Shown: piece after piece, positions 24,939 through 39,129 of the stretch
Layout: each line of letters begins with the position of its first letter
Numbering within the stretch: position 1 is the stretch's first letter
Assembly (NCBI GenBank): GCA_964016885.1
Contig: OZ024740.1
Coordinates: 356,996,001-357,060,000 of the forward strand
Length of the DNA: 64,000 bases
From: Eledone cirrhosa
Lineage: Eukaryota
Reading direction: 5' to 3'
Program-made: the position numbers and the translations under genes
Notes under the pieces: model-generated
Database searches by the model: none
What the model was told of the DNA's origin: nothing
The model's input: only the letters and a program-made list of their open reading frames with translations

Positions 24939-25268
24939 GGTGGCTGCCAACTCGTTTTCGAGTACGGCCACTACCTTATATCCATGTAGGAGAACCCCTA
25001 CCGATGCGCTGAACGAGTGTGACATTTTAGTCCAGCCAGCGACTTGAAAACTCCGGTACAAACACTACACTTGTGACAATTACTGACACATAGTGCTGGG
25101 CCCATGGTACCATGTGATGACAATTGCGGAGAGATCTCCAGATACAAAGCAATGCCTGTGCCGTGAAGCTTTTATAGTGAGCAAATGCACTGCACAAAGC
25201 CAGTCCCACTCTCTTAACCGAGATGATATTTACCAAAAAGAAGAACAAGTCAACATCATTGGATACCA
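24939..25268 (-). mobile_element. RTE-derived retroposon, copy 3 (3' half)
   Basis: sequence identity; fused directly to the Dong B fragment. Confidence 0.85.
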
Positions 25269-27805
25269 AGAACAGAACAACACCAAAAATACCATCATAT
25301 ATAACTAAAATAGAAAAAAAGATCGCTGACCTACGAAAAACCATAGGATATGTGACAATGTTCCTTACATGGAAACAAACATTTTAAAAAACCTCACTCC
25401 TCACCAACAAAGAGTGAAAAATAAAATAAAGACGATGTTTGGTAACAGTAGAACCAGAACTCTTCAATATAAGCTGATCACCCTCAAACAAGAATTGAGA
25501 GCTGTTAGCGAAAAACGCCGATACCTGAAGAAGGTAGATGAGAGAAAGGTGCTTAATAAAAGATTCAGACGAAAGCAAACATCAGTCTATAGAGAAATGA
25601 AGAACAAAATAATAAGTGTCACTGAGGCCCCATCCCAGAAAGACATAGATTCCTTTTGGAGCAAAATATAGGGTGAAAAGAAGAATTTCAACAAGATGCA
25701 GTGTGGCTAAGAGAAATCCGAAAGAACTATTTCTCCTACACTACAACAAAAACATACGAAATAAGTGAGGGTACCCTTGAGACTGTGATAGGAAAACTCC
25801 AAGATAAGAGAACACCAGGAAGAGACATGATTGTCGGCTACTGGTACAAAAAACTGATATTCCATCGGAGGTATCTTACTGACCTCTACCAACAAGTTCT
25901 TAAGGGAGATACACTTATACGAGAATGGTTGACATTAGCACAAACATTACTGGTCCTCAAGAACAAAGACACCCACTTGACAAAAAAATACCGACCCATT
26001 CATACATGAACCTGATATATAAGATGTATACAGCCTGCCTGAACCTATTCCTCCAAGATCACTGTGAAAATAATAACATCATCACAGATGAACAAGCAGC
26101 TGGAAAGAAATGGGGTTGTGGATGTGCTGAACAACTCCTAATCAATAAAACTGCGATGTCGGAGGTGCGACAACTTAGGAGGAATATGGCTACAGTCTGG
26201 CTGGACTACAGGAAAGCTTTCGATTTGTTCCCCACTCTTGGATGATAGAGGCCCTCCAACTTGCTAAAGTCCCAGACATTATTATCAGAGCCATAGAGAA
26301 GTGTCTTCTTCTTGGGCTACTATCCTAAGGTTAAATAACTCTCTGCGCAAAACAAAACAGTGGCTCACAATGTGTTTGCTGTGCCTGTCCTAACACCAAC
26401 GTTTGGAATACTCAATTGGACGATAGACGAAATCCGAGCAGTTGATGTTGGAACTCGAAAAATACTAAACAACACCAGAAACTTCCACATCAACAGTGAC
26501 ATAGACCGCCTTTACTTCAAACGTAAACAGAGGGGCAGAGGCCTAACATCAGTCCAGACAGAATTTGAATGTTGCATCATATCTCTCCGTCAACATCTAC
26601 GAACCTCAAAGCGTAGGAGCCCGTCTCTCGAGCAAGTCTATCTGCAAAAAACAGATAAGATCATGAGAGTTGAGAAGGAACTCCTCGAGAGATATTCCCT
26701 GTGTGATAATCAAAAACTCACACCCAGGGAAGTCGCTCAACAGTATCGCAGTGAATCCATGGATGAAAAACTGCATGCTTATCAGCAAAATATCATGCAT
26801 GGATATATTGCCAGGAAGCTCCAGATAAGGAAAGTAGTCTATCTTGGACCAACAACCGCTATATTGGCTCCAACTTTGAAGGATACGCTTTTGCAATACA
26901 AGAACAGGAGATTAACACGAAATACCTGATTCACAAAAGAGATAGGGATGCAGGCAAAACACCTAGATGTGATAACAAGTGCAGACTGCAGAACTAACAT
27001 CGAGGATATCTCCCATGTCATCAGCAGCTGTCCAAAGATGTCATCGCCGTACTATCTACCTATGAGGCATGATGTGTAGTGGCCAAAACACTGTACAATG
27101 CAGTTAGTAAAAAAGATAGCCCCGACAATAAACACATTAAAAGCTACAGCAATCTGGAAAACATCAATGTACATAATATGAAAGAGTACTGGTGGAATGT
27201 TCCAGTAAAAACCCCAATAAAATGCAGGCATAACAGACCAGATATTATGATATGGGACAGGGAGAAGAAAGCATGCACAGTAGTGGAAATTAGCTGCCCA
27301 GCAGATGCCAATATAATATCAAAGATTAATGAAAAGGAGAATATTTATGCAGAACTGATGAGAAATCTGCAGATACTCCACCCTGATTACACCTTCAGAT
27401 TTATGCCTGTGATTATTGGGGCACTGGGGTATGTTAGTAACTGCCTCAATACAAATCTTGAGAAGCTAGGCTTCACACGAACAGAAAGAACACAACTAGT
27501 TAGGAAATTACAAGTACAATCCAATAATGGAACAGTAAAAATATGTAAAACATTCGAAAAATGTTGCATCTAATAACTGCATATACACATGTACAGATAC
27601 AAAGCATATACACATGCACACATAAAAATCAAAACATACACATCCACACATACAATAACATCCATATCTACACATGCATGCATGCATAATCTACCTAGTT
27701 GATGTTGTGTAAATTCCAATGAGAGAGTCTTGTGTCTATGTTAGAAACAGACTCTCTCTCTCACTATTGGGAAAAAATTTGTGAAATTATAAAACCAAAA
27801 GAACA
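25269..27805 (+). pseudogene. degenerate 5'-truncated R4/Dong family B element
   Basis: fragmented PGRD, YRPI, EQAA, DYRKAFD, GRGL, RHD, RPDI..VEISCP; RT core deleted near 26330; ends in ATAC repeats. Confidence 0.9.
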
Positions 27806-28007
27806 TACATACATAGTCGTATATTGGAGAGAGTTATTTAACGTATCTGTACCAAAACACAGCCACTTAATCAAATGTGTGTACTGTGAACTATTGGTTG
27901 TAGTATCATTACTGCAATCTCACAGATTTATTGAGTGGGTGAGGCATTGACCGGAGACCGTTGAGTTATCTCAACGATTTTCATAAACCTTGTGTGTGTG
28001 TGTGTAT

Positions 28008-28087
<80 letters not shown>

Positions 28088-28090
<3 letters not shown>

Positions 28091-28318
28091 AACTGGACTT
28101 CCTTGTTCACAAGTGTTTTTTAGGCATCATATCCTGTTTCCCTATTTTATTTGATGAGAACGCAAATATCGTCCCAGGATGATATTTGCTTTTGAAATGC
28201 GCATAATAAAATGCATGGAAACAAATATCATCCTGGGACGATATTTGCGTTCTCATCAGATAAAATAGGGAAACAGGATATGATGCCTAAAAAACACTTG
28301 TGAACAAGGAAGTCCAGT

Positions 28319-28322
<4 letters not shown>
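28088..28322. repeat. ~100-bp-arm fold-back palindrome between (TA)n tracts (PLE-like)
   Basis: near-perfect inverted arms. Confidence 0.92.
28144..28212 (+). ncRNA. type I hammerhead motif (C3U in this arm)
   Basis: ATTTTAT-TTGATGA-GAAcGCAAATATCGTC..GATGATATTTGCtTTT-GAAA-TGCGCA-TA-ATAAAAT; the opposite arm retains CTGATGA. Confidence 0.75.
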
Positions 28323-28382
<60 letters not shown>

Positions 28383-28824
28383 TGCCCAGCCTGTCTTCCT
28401 CTATTCTCCCTTCTTACCTTTTCTACGCTTCAGTGTCATTCTTCTTTGTCTGCACGTTGGACTACAGTCTATATTATTCCCTTCTGTTTTACTATTTCTC
28501 TTCTTCTACGCCCGTGCGTACCATTCTATCCCTTCTTTGTCAGTTGGCATATTTTTTTCATCTTTATTTATGCAAGCCGCATAAAGGCATATCTTGTCTC
28601 TACCTGTTTTATTATATTCCAATTTGCACTGAAATGAACGATATTAACCATAATTTTGTCGAAACCGTAGTGATTTCCAGAGGTTAACTGAAGAGATGGG
28701 CCTGTCCATCTTTCTGTTAATGTTTCCATTGTCTTTCTCAATTAATTCCTATCATGCGGGGATGGGGTTAAACTACACACACACACATGTGTGTGTGTGT
28801 GTGTGTGTGTGTGTCTGTGTGTGT

Positions 28825-28899
<75 letters not shown>

Positions 28900-28911
28900 C
28901 ATATATTATTA

Positions 28912-29020
28912 GTACGGATTAAAGTTTAAGCAAATAATTTCTGCTTTAACCCTAAACGGGATCTTCTGAAACTTGCTCAGTTTCAGAAAATCCTGTTTAG
29001 GGTGAAAGCAAAAATTCTTG
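28912..29020. repeat. inverted pair of CAGAAGA-type hammerhead-like repeats
   Basis: arms 28923-28973 (-) and 28979-29020 (+); same family as 10214 and 33878. Confidence 0.75.
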
Positions 29021-29089
29021 GGACTTCTTTGAGGAGGAGGAAAGGGGAAATAACTTTAAAGCCTTGGGAATCAATTTAAGATAGTGCAG

Positions 29090-29270
29090 TAATAATTGTT
29101 TCTACTTTAGGCACAAAGCCAGCAATTACCTAGTGCATTACTAGTACTTTATTTTATCGACCCCGTAAGGATGAAAGGCAAAGTCAACCTCGGTGGGATT
29201 TGAACTCAGATCGTAAAGGGAAGTAACTATGCTGGAAAGCATGGCGTCCGACCCTCTACCGATACTGCGG
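29090..29270 (-). mobile_element. tRNA-derived SINE
   Basis: family match. Confidence 0.88.
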
Positions 29271-32200
29271 GTATTATATATAGACGTATATATACATTTA
29301 TAATTCGGTCAGCCGTAACAAAAATTAGCTGAAGTTATGTTTCATCAAACTATTAGACGTTTGTGTTCTTGTCCGGTCATTTCGCTTGAAGGTACCGTCT
29401 ATAAAATAAAGTACCGATCAATAACTGGAGTCGGTTTAATTGATTTATCTCTTCTTCTAACCTGCTGGTCTTGTGCCAAAATTAGAAACCATTATCATCA
29501 ATGAAATATAATATACACGTGGAGAAATTTAACTGGATGTATTGTTTTCATCTTTTAAAATTGACCTTGTGTCTATTGAAAAACAATACAACTTCCAGTT
29601 ACAAAACATAAATATCGTCAACTTTTGTTTCTGTTTAGCTATAAAGATGGTGGTGGATAGAAGTGGTCACCTAAACGTCTTTCTGCTGAAAGTTTAAAAT
29701 ATATAGCAGTCGACTTGGCCTTCCCTCCTCTCGGGGGATCAATAAAATAAATACCAGACAAGTATTAAGATAGATCTACGTATTCACGTATAACCTCCAT
29801 CAAAAAGCATTCTATTCTAATTATCTAATTATAGAAATGTGTCTTCCTTGATTTCTTTAAAAACGATCCAATTAAAATACGTTTATCCTCTCTTGTGGCT
29901 TTTTTGCATTCTATTGTCAAGAAATGAGATCACACTTCTTTTTTTATTTAACATTTTGATATAGCATTTAGTCGACAGAAAACTCACGTGCATAAATGGT
30001 TTTTTGATATGATCAAACAATTTTGTTCGTATTTTTAACAATAACTTTCAGTAATGAGATTTTACAATTTTAGCAGCATTTTGGTCTAAATATGATGTAC
30101 GTGGAAATAGTCATGTCTTCATAGATATTCCAATATCATTGTTATATTTATAGTGAGCGGCCTAAAACAAACGGTCAGGGTTTAATTTTATTCGAAATCT
30201 TCTTACATTGTGGGCAACTGTTCACAGTTGTCTACAACGTAAGAGCTATACACTCAACAGTGGCCAATCTGCTTTTGTCATTGATCATTATCCATGGCTA
30301 CGTCAACAGATTCGTTAGTTCTAATAGTGTATTTGGTTAGATCTTCATTAATTCATGAAATATGTTTTCGACAAAGCTCTTAATCATTTGAATTCACGAG
30401 CCGATTTCGAATTTACTTCATTATATCGTCAATGTAGGTCGTTGGGAGACATATAAACGTTGCACCATCCTACACACATCGAAATGTGAAGCTATATATG
30501 TTCACTCGAAAGGAAACCAAGCAACATGTTGCAGAAAAAGGAATAGAACAGATATTTATGCTAAAAGATAAAACTTATAAAACTGACAAATGCTAGAAAT
30601 ACTATAAAAATCACGAAAACAACATTGAATCCTTAGAAACATTTTTCTAAATTTTTGAATTACTTTTCATTGTTGACTGTTTTCTGCTTCTACTAACAGG
30701 ATTTATTTGTTTAATTTTATTAAGAACTTTCCAAAATGCGCAATATTTATTTTCGTAGAAAAAGTTATTTTGTGTGGTGTTTTCTATAAAAATCTTTTAT
30801 TTTATTACATCAGTAAAATACTAGCGTATTTCAGAAGCTCAACTTTTTCTATATAAATGTAGAATCTATAATTATCTACTTCAAGCATTATTTAAAAATA
30901 CCAGTTTTTATTTGAACAGATATTATTTTCCCTATTTCAAAGAATACAACCTTTTCCTCTGTTGAAACAATACACCCAGAGTAATTACTCTTGGTAGAGG
31001 TTTTATCCTTTTAAGCCATTGACTGGTCATAAATAGATAGTATTAGAGGTGAATCAAGTGAAATTATTCAAACGAAACCTTATCACCCCTCTAAAGTATT
31101 CAACTGATCTAGCATGCACCGGGAATCAAGGTAAGAATTTGCTGACTGGTCTCTTTTAATGCTTACATTTTAAAATGCTGCGTTCCCAGATAGCTATAAA
31201 CATTCAGATATAAAGAGGTAACAAAAAGAGATTCTGGTATGTTCATGTCATTTTCAAGAGAACAAGTCATGTTAGTGAAGGCAAGTATATGAAGCTGAAC
31301 ATTTAAGTGACTCAAGGATTGCATTTGTTGGAAGCTTAATTAATATTCTCTACAGCGCTCACCAGAATATATGATTACCAGATATTATATATCGTAGTCG
31401 GTAATTCAATCATATCCAAATTGTCAACGCTGATTTAATCTGATATCTTTAATGAATACTGTACGTTACATGTGGATCATATAAATCAAATGTCTGCTCA
31501 TGCTTTAGAATTTTAATTAGTTTTCCCAAATTCAATGGATATATAGTCTTATCGTGCATATAAGTTTCCGTATAGATTCTATTTTACTTCATTAGTAATA
31601 ATTGTGTTCTGAAACATAATGACTTCAGCAACTATGAATATTCTGATGACATCAACTTGAACTGTATTTCTTTTGACAAGGAACAGATATAATTTTTGTA
31701 ACAGAAAGATATAGTCGATGGATCGATTTGCAATTTATTGTACTAAGGAGCTACTCCTCTACGGTCTACGATTCTCATTTCCCGTATAATCATACATAAA
31801 ATCAATGCTTCATCTCCAAAAGGAAAAGAAATATAGAATCAATACTTTTATTATTTCTTTATCAATGATATTAATATTATTAAAAGTAAAATGTAAAATA
31901 ATTGTTTCTACTTTTGGCACAAGGCCAGCAATTACCCAGTTCATTACTGGTACTTTATTTTAAATAATTGTTTCTACTATTGGCACAAGGCCAGCAATGA
32001 GCCAGTTCATTACTGGTACATTACTTTATTTTAAATAATGATAAATATTTACATCATCCTGCTCTGGTGCGGTAAATACAATCAATAGATTGACATTGTA
32101 CGTTCAGAGATATCAATAGCACATTAATATCCCCATTGATTTCAATGGATAGAAAACTATCTTTAACGGAATAAGTGAAATAAATACGTAAGAAAATCAG

Positions 32201-32334
32201 ACCTAGAGTGCAGCCACGGTTCACCAGAAATTCTTCCACCTACGCTACAGAGATTGTTTTCAGTTATGGATGTGAAAAGAATTGGCAACAAAAAGAATTT
32301 ATAACAACTTATTAACTGTAGTTGTTAGCGCTGT

Positions 32335-32512
32335 GTATTGGCAGAGTCATTAAAGCGTCCGACAAATGCTTGTTCAAATCCCGTAGTCAACTTTTCCTTT
32401 CATCCGTCCGATATCTATAAAATAAAATACCAGTCAAGCACTGGAGTCGATATAATGGACATTTTCATCACATAATAAAAAATACTGGCCTTCTGCATCA
32501 ATTAGAAATCAT
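32335..32512 (+). mobile_element. diverged tRNA-derived SINE
   Basis: TTGGCAGAGTC..GTTCAAATCCC..CTTTCATCC..GATA..TACCAGTC. Confidence 0.7.
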
Positions 32513-33802
32513 TGATTTTAGTCTTTTACATTTTAATTTCTTAGATATCACTTGTGACATTCATGCATTTCTCGTTTATATTAGCTGCGTCAGAGAAGTA
32601 AACTGACTTCAGCTAGATATGAAAACAGGGTCACGGTTTCCAATCACCAAGAACTTACCTTTTTCTCCACAATGTTAAGTCCTTTTCTAAAATAAATAAG
32701 GATTTCTATTGTGGGTTCAAGGTCAAACATTTTAATAAAGGAATAATGGGATACTAACTCAAGTCTGGCAGAATTTGAACTCGGAACCTAAGAAGATATA
32801 ACTAAATACCGCAAGGCATGTTACTTTACTGATTGCATTATACACAACTTTAAAAGAAAAATGATAATGCTTCAAAATGGTTTAGATTCAAATAATAACC
32901 TGTAACGTTTAGGAATGGACCCTCATTGGTTTCAGCGATAAGTGTTACAATTAATTTAACAACGGAATAGCCTGCTGATGAAATTTAATATAACACAGTG
33001 TTTGACAAGGCAGGTCCTTTGAATTAGAGGTACAGTCCATCTGACAGGATTCCAAACAGTTTCTAACTACACATTTTAATTCACAAGGTATGAGCCGACT
33101 CGAGACCGATCATAAATGACACTTGCATAAGATACCAAACAGTGGCTGGGATCGAATCCAAAGCTTAATTATTGCGAAGCGGACATCTTAACAATTCGGC
33201 CATGGAACGTTTAATAGATTTTTGACTCGCCACCACTTTGTTTTACTCAGGGATGGTCTTTCAAAAATTGATCATGAAGAATATCATTTACCCCTTTCCC
33301 TACTTAGATGGGGAAGAAAAATCAGCTCTAATGCTTCTTTATTTTCAGAGGCAACCAGCATGGAGTGGATAGGGTCAACCTGAAACAAAAGAAAATTCTT
33401 GCAAAAGAATTAACTGCACTAAAGGAAACTAAGATGCTAGTTGGTGGTGTGAAACAGCGTGATGGATGACTAAGACCAAAAAATAAAATTTAAAAAGAAA
33501 ACGGAAAAAATACTGCAGACCATTTTGATGAAGGCTCTAACAATTCCCTGGCGTGGTACTTTTTTCTAACACCTCCGAAATGATGAAAGGCAAATTTAAT
33601 CGCAGTGGGATTTGAACAAAAATTGTAGAGAGACGGAACAAAAACCACATAACATTTCTTCCTCCATCCTAACTACTCTGCTTTTCGGCGCTTGCAGGAC
33701 TTAATCAAAACGAAACTAGTATCTGCAAGTGTGTTGTTCCGCGTTGAAATCTCACTGGATAACAATTTGTTTGGAATACTCAAAATAGTTATTACTGTTC
33801 AG

Positions 33803-33872
<70 letters not shown>

Positions 33873-33877
33873 ATAAT

Positions 33878-33928
33878 AGTTCCAGAAGATCCCGTTAAGG
33901 GTGAAAGCAGCGATTCTTTGCTTAAACT
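33878..33928 (+). ncRNA. hammerhead-like motif with non-canonical CAGAAGA core
   Basis: AGTTC-CAGAAGA-TCCCgttaaGGGT-GAAA-GCAG..TTGC-TT-AAACT. Confidence 0.55.
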
Positions 33929-33951
33929 TTAATCTGTTATTTTAATATATA

Positions 33952-34793
33952 CTAGCAGAATGGCCCGGCGTTGCTCGGGATTCTAAACATAGATTGGCAT
34001 GTTTATCCCTCCTTTCTGAAACAGTACAGAGAAGTACGGAATACCTCGGCCTGGGAATGGTGTCTACATTTTGTGCTTATAAAAAAAAATCGTCTTAGAT
34101 TACCAGGAGTTTAATTTAATTGGGTGCCTGAGAGTAAAATGTTCAACCCACGAAAGCCAAGACGATAGGGTTAAGTAAAAAGGCATCAGACAAATCGAAC
34201 ATGTATTTGTTGTGCTATGGTAAGCAATAGTTACAGAGCAGTAAGCATGTGGGACTTTAGTGGTGGAGAGCATGAAGGAATTTAGTTGGATACTTTTAAG
34301 GTTACAGGCCCTAACGCAACCAAAATGCTAAACAATGCGGTCCCCGGGCAAAAATTTGAAATCTTTTTCAATCAAGAAAATTTGTGAAACATAAGTAATG
34401 CATATGCAAAGTTTAAAAAAAAATCGGTTGGGTACTTCTCGAGTTACAGGCCCTAACGCAACCAAAAAATCGGTTTTTCGCCTAATGCGGTCCCTGGGAC
34501 AAAAAATGAGAAAATCCTTTTTGCTCAAAACACTTTAAACGACATAAGTAATGCAAATTTTGAAGAAATCGTCTGGATTATTGTTCCGTTATGCCTCAAA
34601 AAAGTCTTTAAAGCCTAAAATATGCGGCTTTTCGCCTAATGCGGTCGCTAGGGCATTGAAACTTTGAAATATATTTTGCTCAAAGCACTCACACAACCAT
34701 AAGTATTACATGTGTAAAGTTTGAAAAAAATCGGTTGTATAGTTCTCGAGTTTTAGGGAGACAGACAGACATTCTCTGTTTTATATATATAGA
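33952..34793 (-). mobile_element. non-autonomous Helitron-like element
   Basis: minus strand starts TC and ends CCCGAGCAACGCCGGG hairpin + CTAG; internal (GACA)n and internal repeats. Confidence 0.72.
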
Positions 34794-35345
34794 CTAGCAG
34801 AAAACCACCCGGTGGGCGGTTTTCTGCTAGCAAATCTAGTGTATATACTGATATTGTTGAGATTTGGATGAGAAATGTTTTCGGCACCACATGTTCACCG
34901 TCTCTCGGTGTGTCTTTTATGCATGTATAAATATATGTTATCTATACGGTGAAATCTTTGAAATAAATATATGTTAAAACGAAAAAGGAGAAAAAGAGAT
35001 TAGTGACGGAAATATAAACGTTATGATACATAAACGTTATGATATAACGATGGAAATATATCTTCAAATGGTCCTTGGCATGATGTCAAGTCAGAACCGC
35101 CTCGAACTGGTTACTTCTGGCTTGTGCAAGGTGTCTCTATAGCAACCAGCGATTCCCTCGGCCTCAGTGACCAAAGTCAGTGGAGAGGGGAAGGTAATGT
35201 TTCTATAGCGACAGTGTTTCTCTTGGTAGTACCAAAGTGGACAAAGGAAGGGCACGGTAATATTTCTGTAGCATCTACATTTGAGTTTTAGGGAAGGACA
35301 GACAGACAGACAGACAAACAAACAGAGAAATGCCCATATATTTCT
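34794..35345 (-). mobile_element. second abutting Helitron-like element
   Basis: CTAG plus GC-rich palindrome at 34794-34831; (GACA)n near the other end. Confidence 0.5.
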
Positions 35346-35401
35346 GTGTGTGTATATATATATATATATATATTACACACACAGAAATGTATATATATGT
35401 C

Positions 35402-35444
<43 letters not shown>

Positions 35445-35689
35445 CACACACAGAAATGTATATATATTTCTGTGTGTGTATATATATATATTACACACAC
35501 AGAAATGTATATATATTTCTGTGTGTATATATATATATATATTACACACACAGAAATGTATATATATTTCTTAGAACAAAATTATTATTAATGTTTTGCT
35601 GTTCATAACAATTGGAATTGAAAAATTACTTTTGAAATTATTAGTTATTTTACTAATGCTTAGATATGTAAAAATGAAGCAATGTTTCT

Positions 35690-35882
35690 AATAATTGTTT
35701 CTACTTTTGGCACAAGGCCAGCAATTAACCAGTACATTACTGGTACTTTATTTTATCGACCCCGTGAGGATGAAAGGCAAAGTTAACCTCGGCGGTATTT
35801 GAACTCACACCGTAAAGGGACGTAACTCCATGCTATGAAGCATGGTGTCCGACTCTCTACAGATTCTGCCAATCCACCGCCC
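35690..35882 (-). mobile_element. tRNA-derived SINE
   Basis: family match. Confidence 0.88.
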
Positions 35883-36159
35883 TAATGTCTGTACGTAATG
35901 AGGGAGTGAGAGGGGAGAGAAAGAAAGGCAGAGGTGAAGTGACGAAGTGACTCTCTCCTCTTCCTCCTCCTCCATCTCCCCATTCGTCACAGCGATAGAG
36001 GGGAGGAATGTTAGTGTGTTACAAAGGGTGAAAGTGAGAGAAACAGACAGACTAAAAGAGAGGGATATCTGGAGAGAGAGAGATATATAGCAACCACGCG
36101 CGCACGTGTTTCCACTGTCGGACAGACAGACAGAGAAATTGCTGGTTATATATTATAAG

Positions 36160-36191
<32 letters not shown>

Positions 36192-36343
36192 CTCCGGCAC
36201 CATTTTCTCCAAGAACAACTTTATGTTTTCTGTGTTGCTTCTAAATGTTTGAAGAGGCCGTAGTTGTCGAATTGTGGCTATCCCCGAAATATATATAGGG
36301 GTAATAAAAGAAGTGAATTATGAAATGTAGACTTATACCTCTT

Positions 36344-36345
<2 letters not shown>

Positions 36346-36442
<97 letters not shown>

Positions 36443-36488
36443 CATATATATACATATATATATATACATATATACACATATATATATA

Positions 36489-36522
<34 letters not shown>

Positions 36523-36544
36523 AATACATACATATATACATACA

Positions 36545-36580
<36 letters not shown>

Positions 36581-36591
36581 CACACAAACAC

Positions 36592-36646
<55 letters not shown>
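36346..36646. repeat. compound (TA)n/(TG)n/(TACA) microsatellite
   Basis: direct reading. Confidence 0.95.
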
Positions 36647-37115
36647 GAGGTATCCACTGTAAGTTGTGGGGTCTATTCTGTATGAAGAACTCAATGTAAT
36701 CCATATGTTGAAAATGTAGGTTAAGATAAAATCTCAGAAAACAATAAAACATTAAAGGAAAACAGAGTCATGATATAAGTTAAAACAGCTGGTGATATGC
36801 ATGTAAGTAAATATTCTCTCTATCTGATAGTTTGTAAACTCACATAGATCAATAACTGAGTATAGATACAATGTATTATCACCATCTAGAAACGATTGTA
36901 AAGCAGTGAAGTATATCTCTAAGGACTTGATTTTTTATTTCATTGTTTTAACTTTTATATATATATATATATATATAAGCAGAAGGGATATTCAATTTGT
37001 TGGTAATTCAACAAATATAAATGTTTATAACTGATTCAGAGCACTCGACAAGTTTCCTGGAGTATAATATTCAATGATATTAAATAAATGGAAACTATAT
37101 TTATAAAACCATATT

Positions 37116-37177
37116 TATTCTATTATATATATTTCAAGGGTACCAAAAACTTTGGTACGCTTTCATCAGATAAAATA
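37116..37177 (-). ncRNA. intact minimal type I hammerhead ribozyme
   Basis: minus strand TATTTTAT-CTGATGA-AAGcGTACCAAAgttTTTGGTACcCTT-GAAA-TATATA-TA-ATAGAATA, overlapping AATAAA. Confidence 0.82.
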
Positions 37178-38072
37178 CTAAGTGTGTTTTATAAATGTTT
37201 ACATAGCCAAGGAACATACCTTAATGGTTGAAGTTTTTCTTGGATAGTGGAGTTAAAGACAGATATTTCAAAATTGTTAAGATGAGTATACAAATGAATA
37301 TGTAAATGAGGTTGAAGTATAGGTTTGAAAAAACGTTATTTTAGACGCTATGGAGAATTTAGATATGTGTTTGTATGAGTAGGAAAGAAAAAAAAAGAAA
37401 AAAGAAAAGAAGACCTTGTATTTACGTTAATTTGTTGGAAAAAATTTGAACATTTACCTATATTATGTATATACTTATATGGAAAATTATGTTTGTAAGT
37501 ATTTATCTTATTACAATATTGTAGTAGGTTATATGTATGAATATCTGTATATATTAATAATTGCATATGTATTAGTATTAAAGAGATATAGATAATTTAT
37601 AATTATTAGTTGTTTATATTTCTAGTATGGGTTACGAGGTTGTTGATTTTGTGTTTTATGTAAATAAATAGGTGGTTCAAGTTGTGAGAGGAGAACAATT
37701 TATAGATTTGAATATTTTGTTCAACATTGAAAATGTTTTCATAATATTGTTAATTTAGCGAAGTTACGTATATAATATGTTTACACGATTGAGAAAGGAA
37801 AGATAACTCCAATTTTGTTTGTTAATCGATAAATTTGAAGAGTGATTTAGGAAATTATATATTATTTAGTATGAGATTAATTATTTTAGTCGAAAGATGT
37901 GTGAATGTTGTAAAATCAAAAAAGAGAGGAGATACGTAATGTGCTTATCTAAGAAACTATCGTGAAGAGGATAAATTTTTCTAATGTCAGTTAATGATTA
38001 TCAATCTACATCTAAAAAATATTTTAGAGGGTGTCATTAGAAAAATAATGTAAGAATTAAAAATTAAAAATT

Positions 38073-38115
<43 letters not shown>

Positions 38116-39129
38116 TATACACACACATATACGCAAACACGTACGCACACATGTGCATATGTGCGTTTTTTATATAGATGTATATGTGTGTGTGCGTGTG
38201 TGTGTGTGTGTGTGAGACATACATCCAAGCACAAGCAGCTACTCAGATATATTCATGTGTAGACAAATAGAAGTATGCACCACATACAATAAAAAAAATC
38301 ATTAATTTACATATAACATATGCACACAAGTACAAATGTAAACATGCAGAGATATTCTATCACATGGATACATACAACGGCATATACATATATTCGCCTG
38401 ACAATCATTCTCCTCTAATTCTACTTTTCTTGTGCCCTCCCTATTCCCTCTCACTTCCTCTTTCTGTTTCTCTTCCTTCCATTCTAGTTCTCCCGTCTTC
38501 AACCTTCCTATACTTTTCAAGCAATCCTCCTCTTAGTTATCTCTTAAATTTTGTAGGTAACAGAACATTTATTCTTAAACTTCGCCACACGACCGCATTC
38601 TTTTGACGAAAGTCTGAATGTTTTATTTTTCCAGCGTTAATATATTGAATTGTCTGTTGTCTATTTTTATGTATTTGTTTCTGCTTTCGTCGAATGACAC
38701 CCATAAATATTCCTGTCCATTCTTTTTTATATTATCGTCACACTCGCATCTTACCCACACACGAGTTCTCCAATTTGTTACACAAACTAGCATTATAAAT
38801 GCAATTTCACCTTAATACACGACATCGTATTATTCGAATAATGTTAGGTGAAAATTCGTAAAATCATAATTTATACATACACAATAATATAGAGATATTG
38901 CTTGTACTTCTCTCTCCATCTTCGGGGGAATTAAAAAGATATTAAATTGAAGCAGAATGTATCCAAATAACTCTAATACCATAAGCGTCCCTACCCGCAA
39001 CGGCAGCAAAAAGCACGGTGAAGTCGAAAAGTCGATAATGACACCAAGAACGAGTACAATTGTAATCTATAGCCATTTAATGATGGAACTGTGTTACGGT
39101 AATCCTCAAATGGTGCTCTAATATGGAAT

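Noticed and set aside
36249-36302. TTGAAGA-hairpin-GAAATATATATA as a hammerhead
   Set aside because: Stem I is missing; at best a rearranged relic
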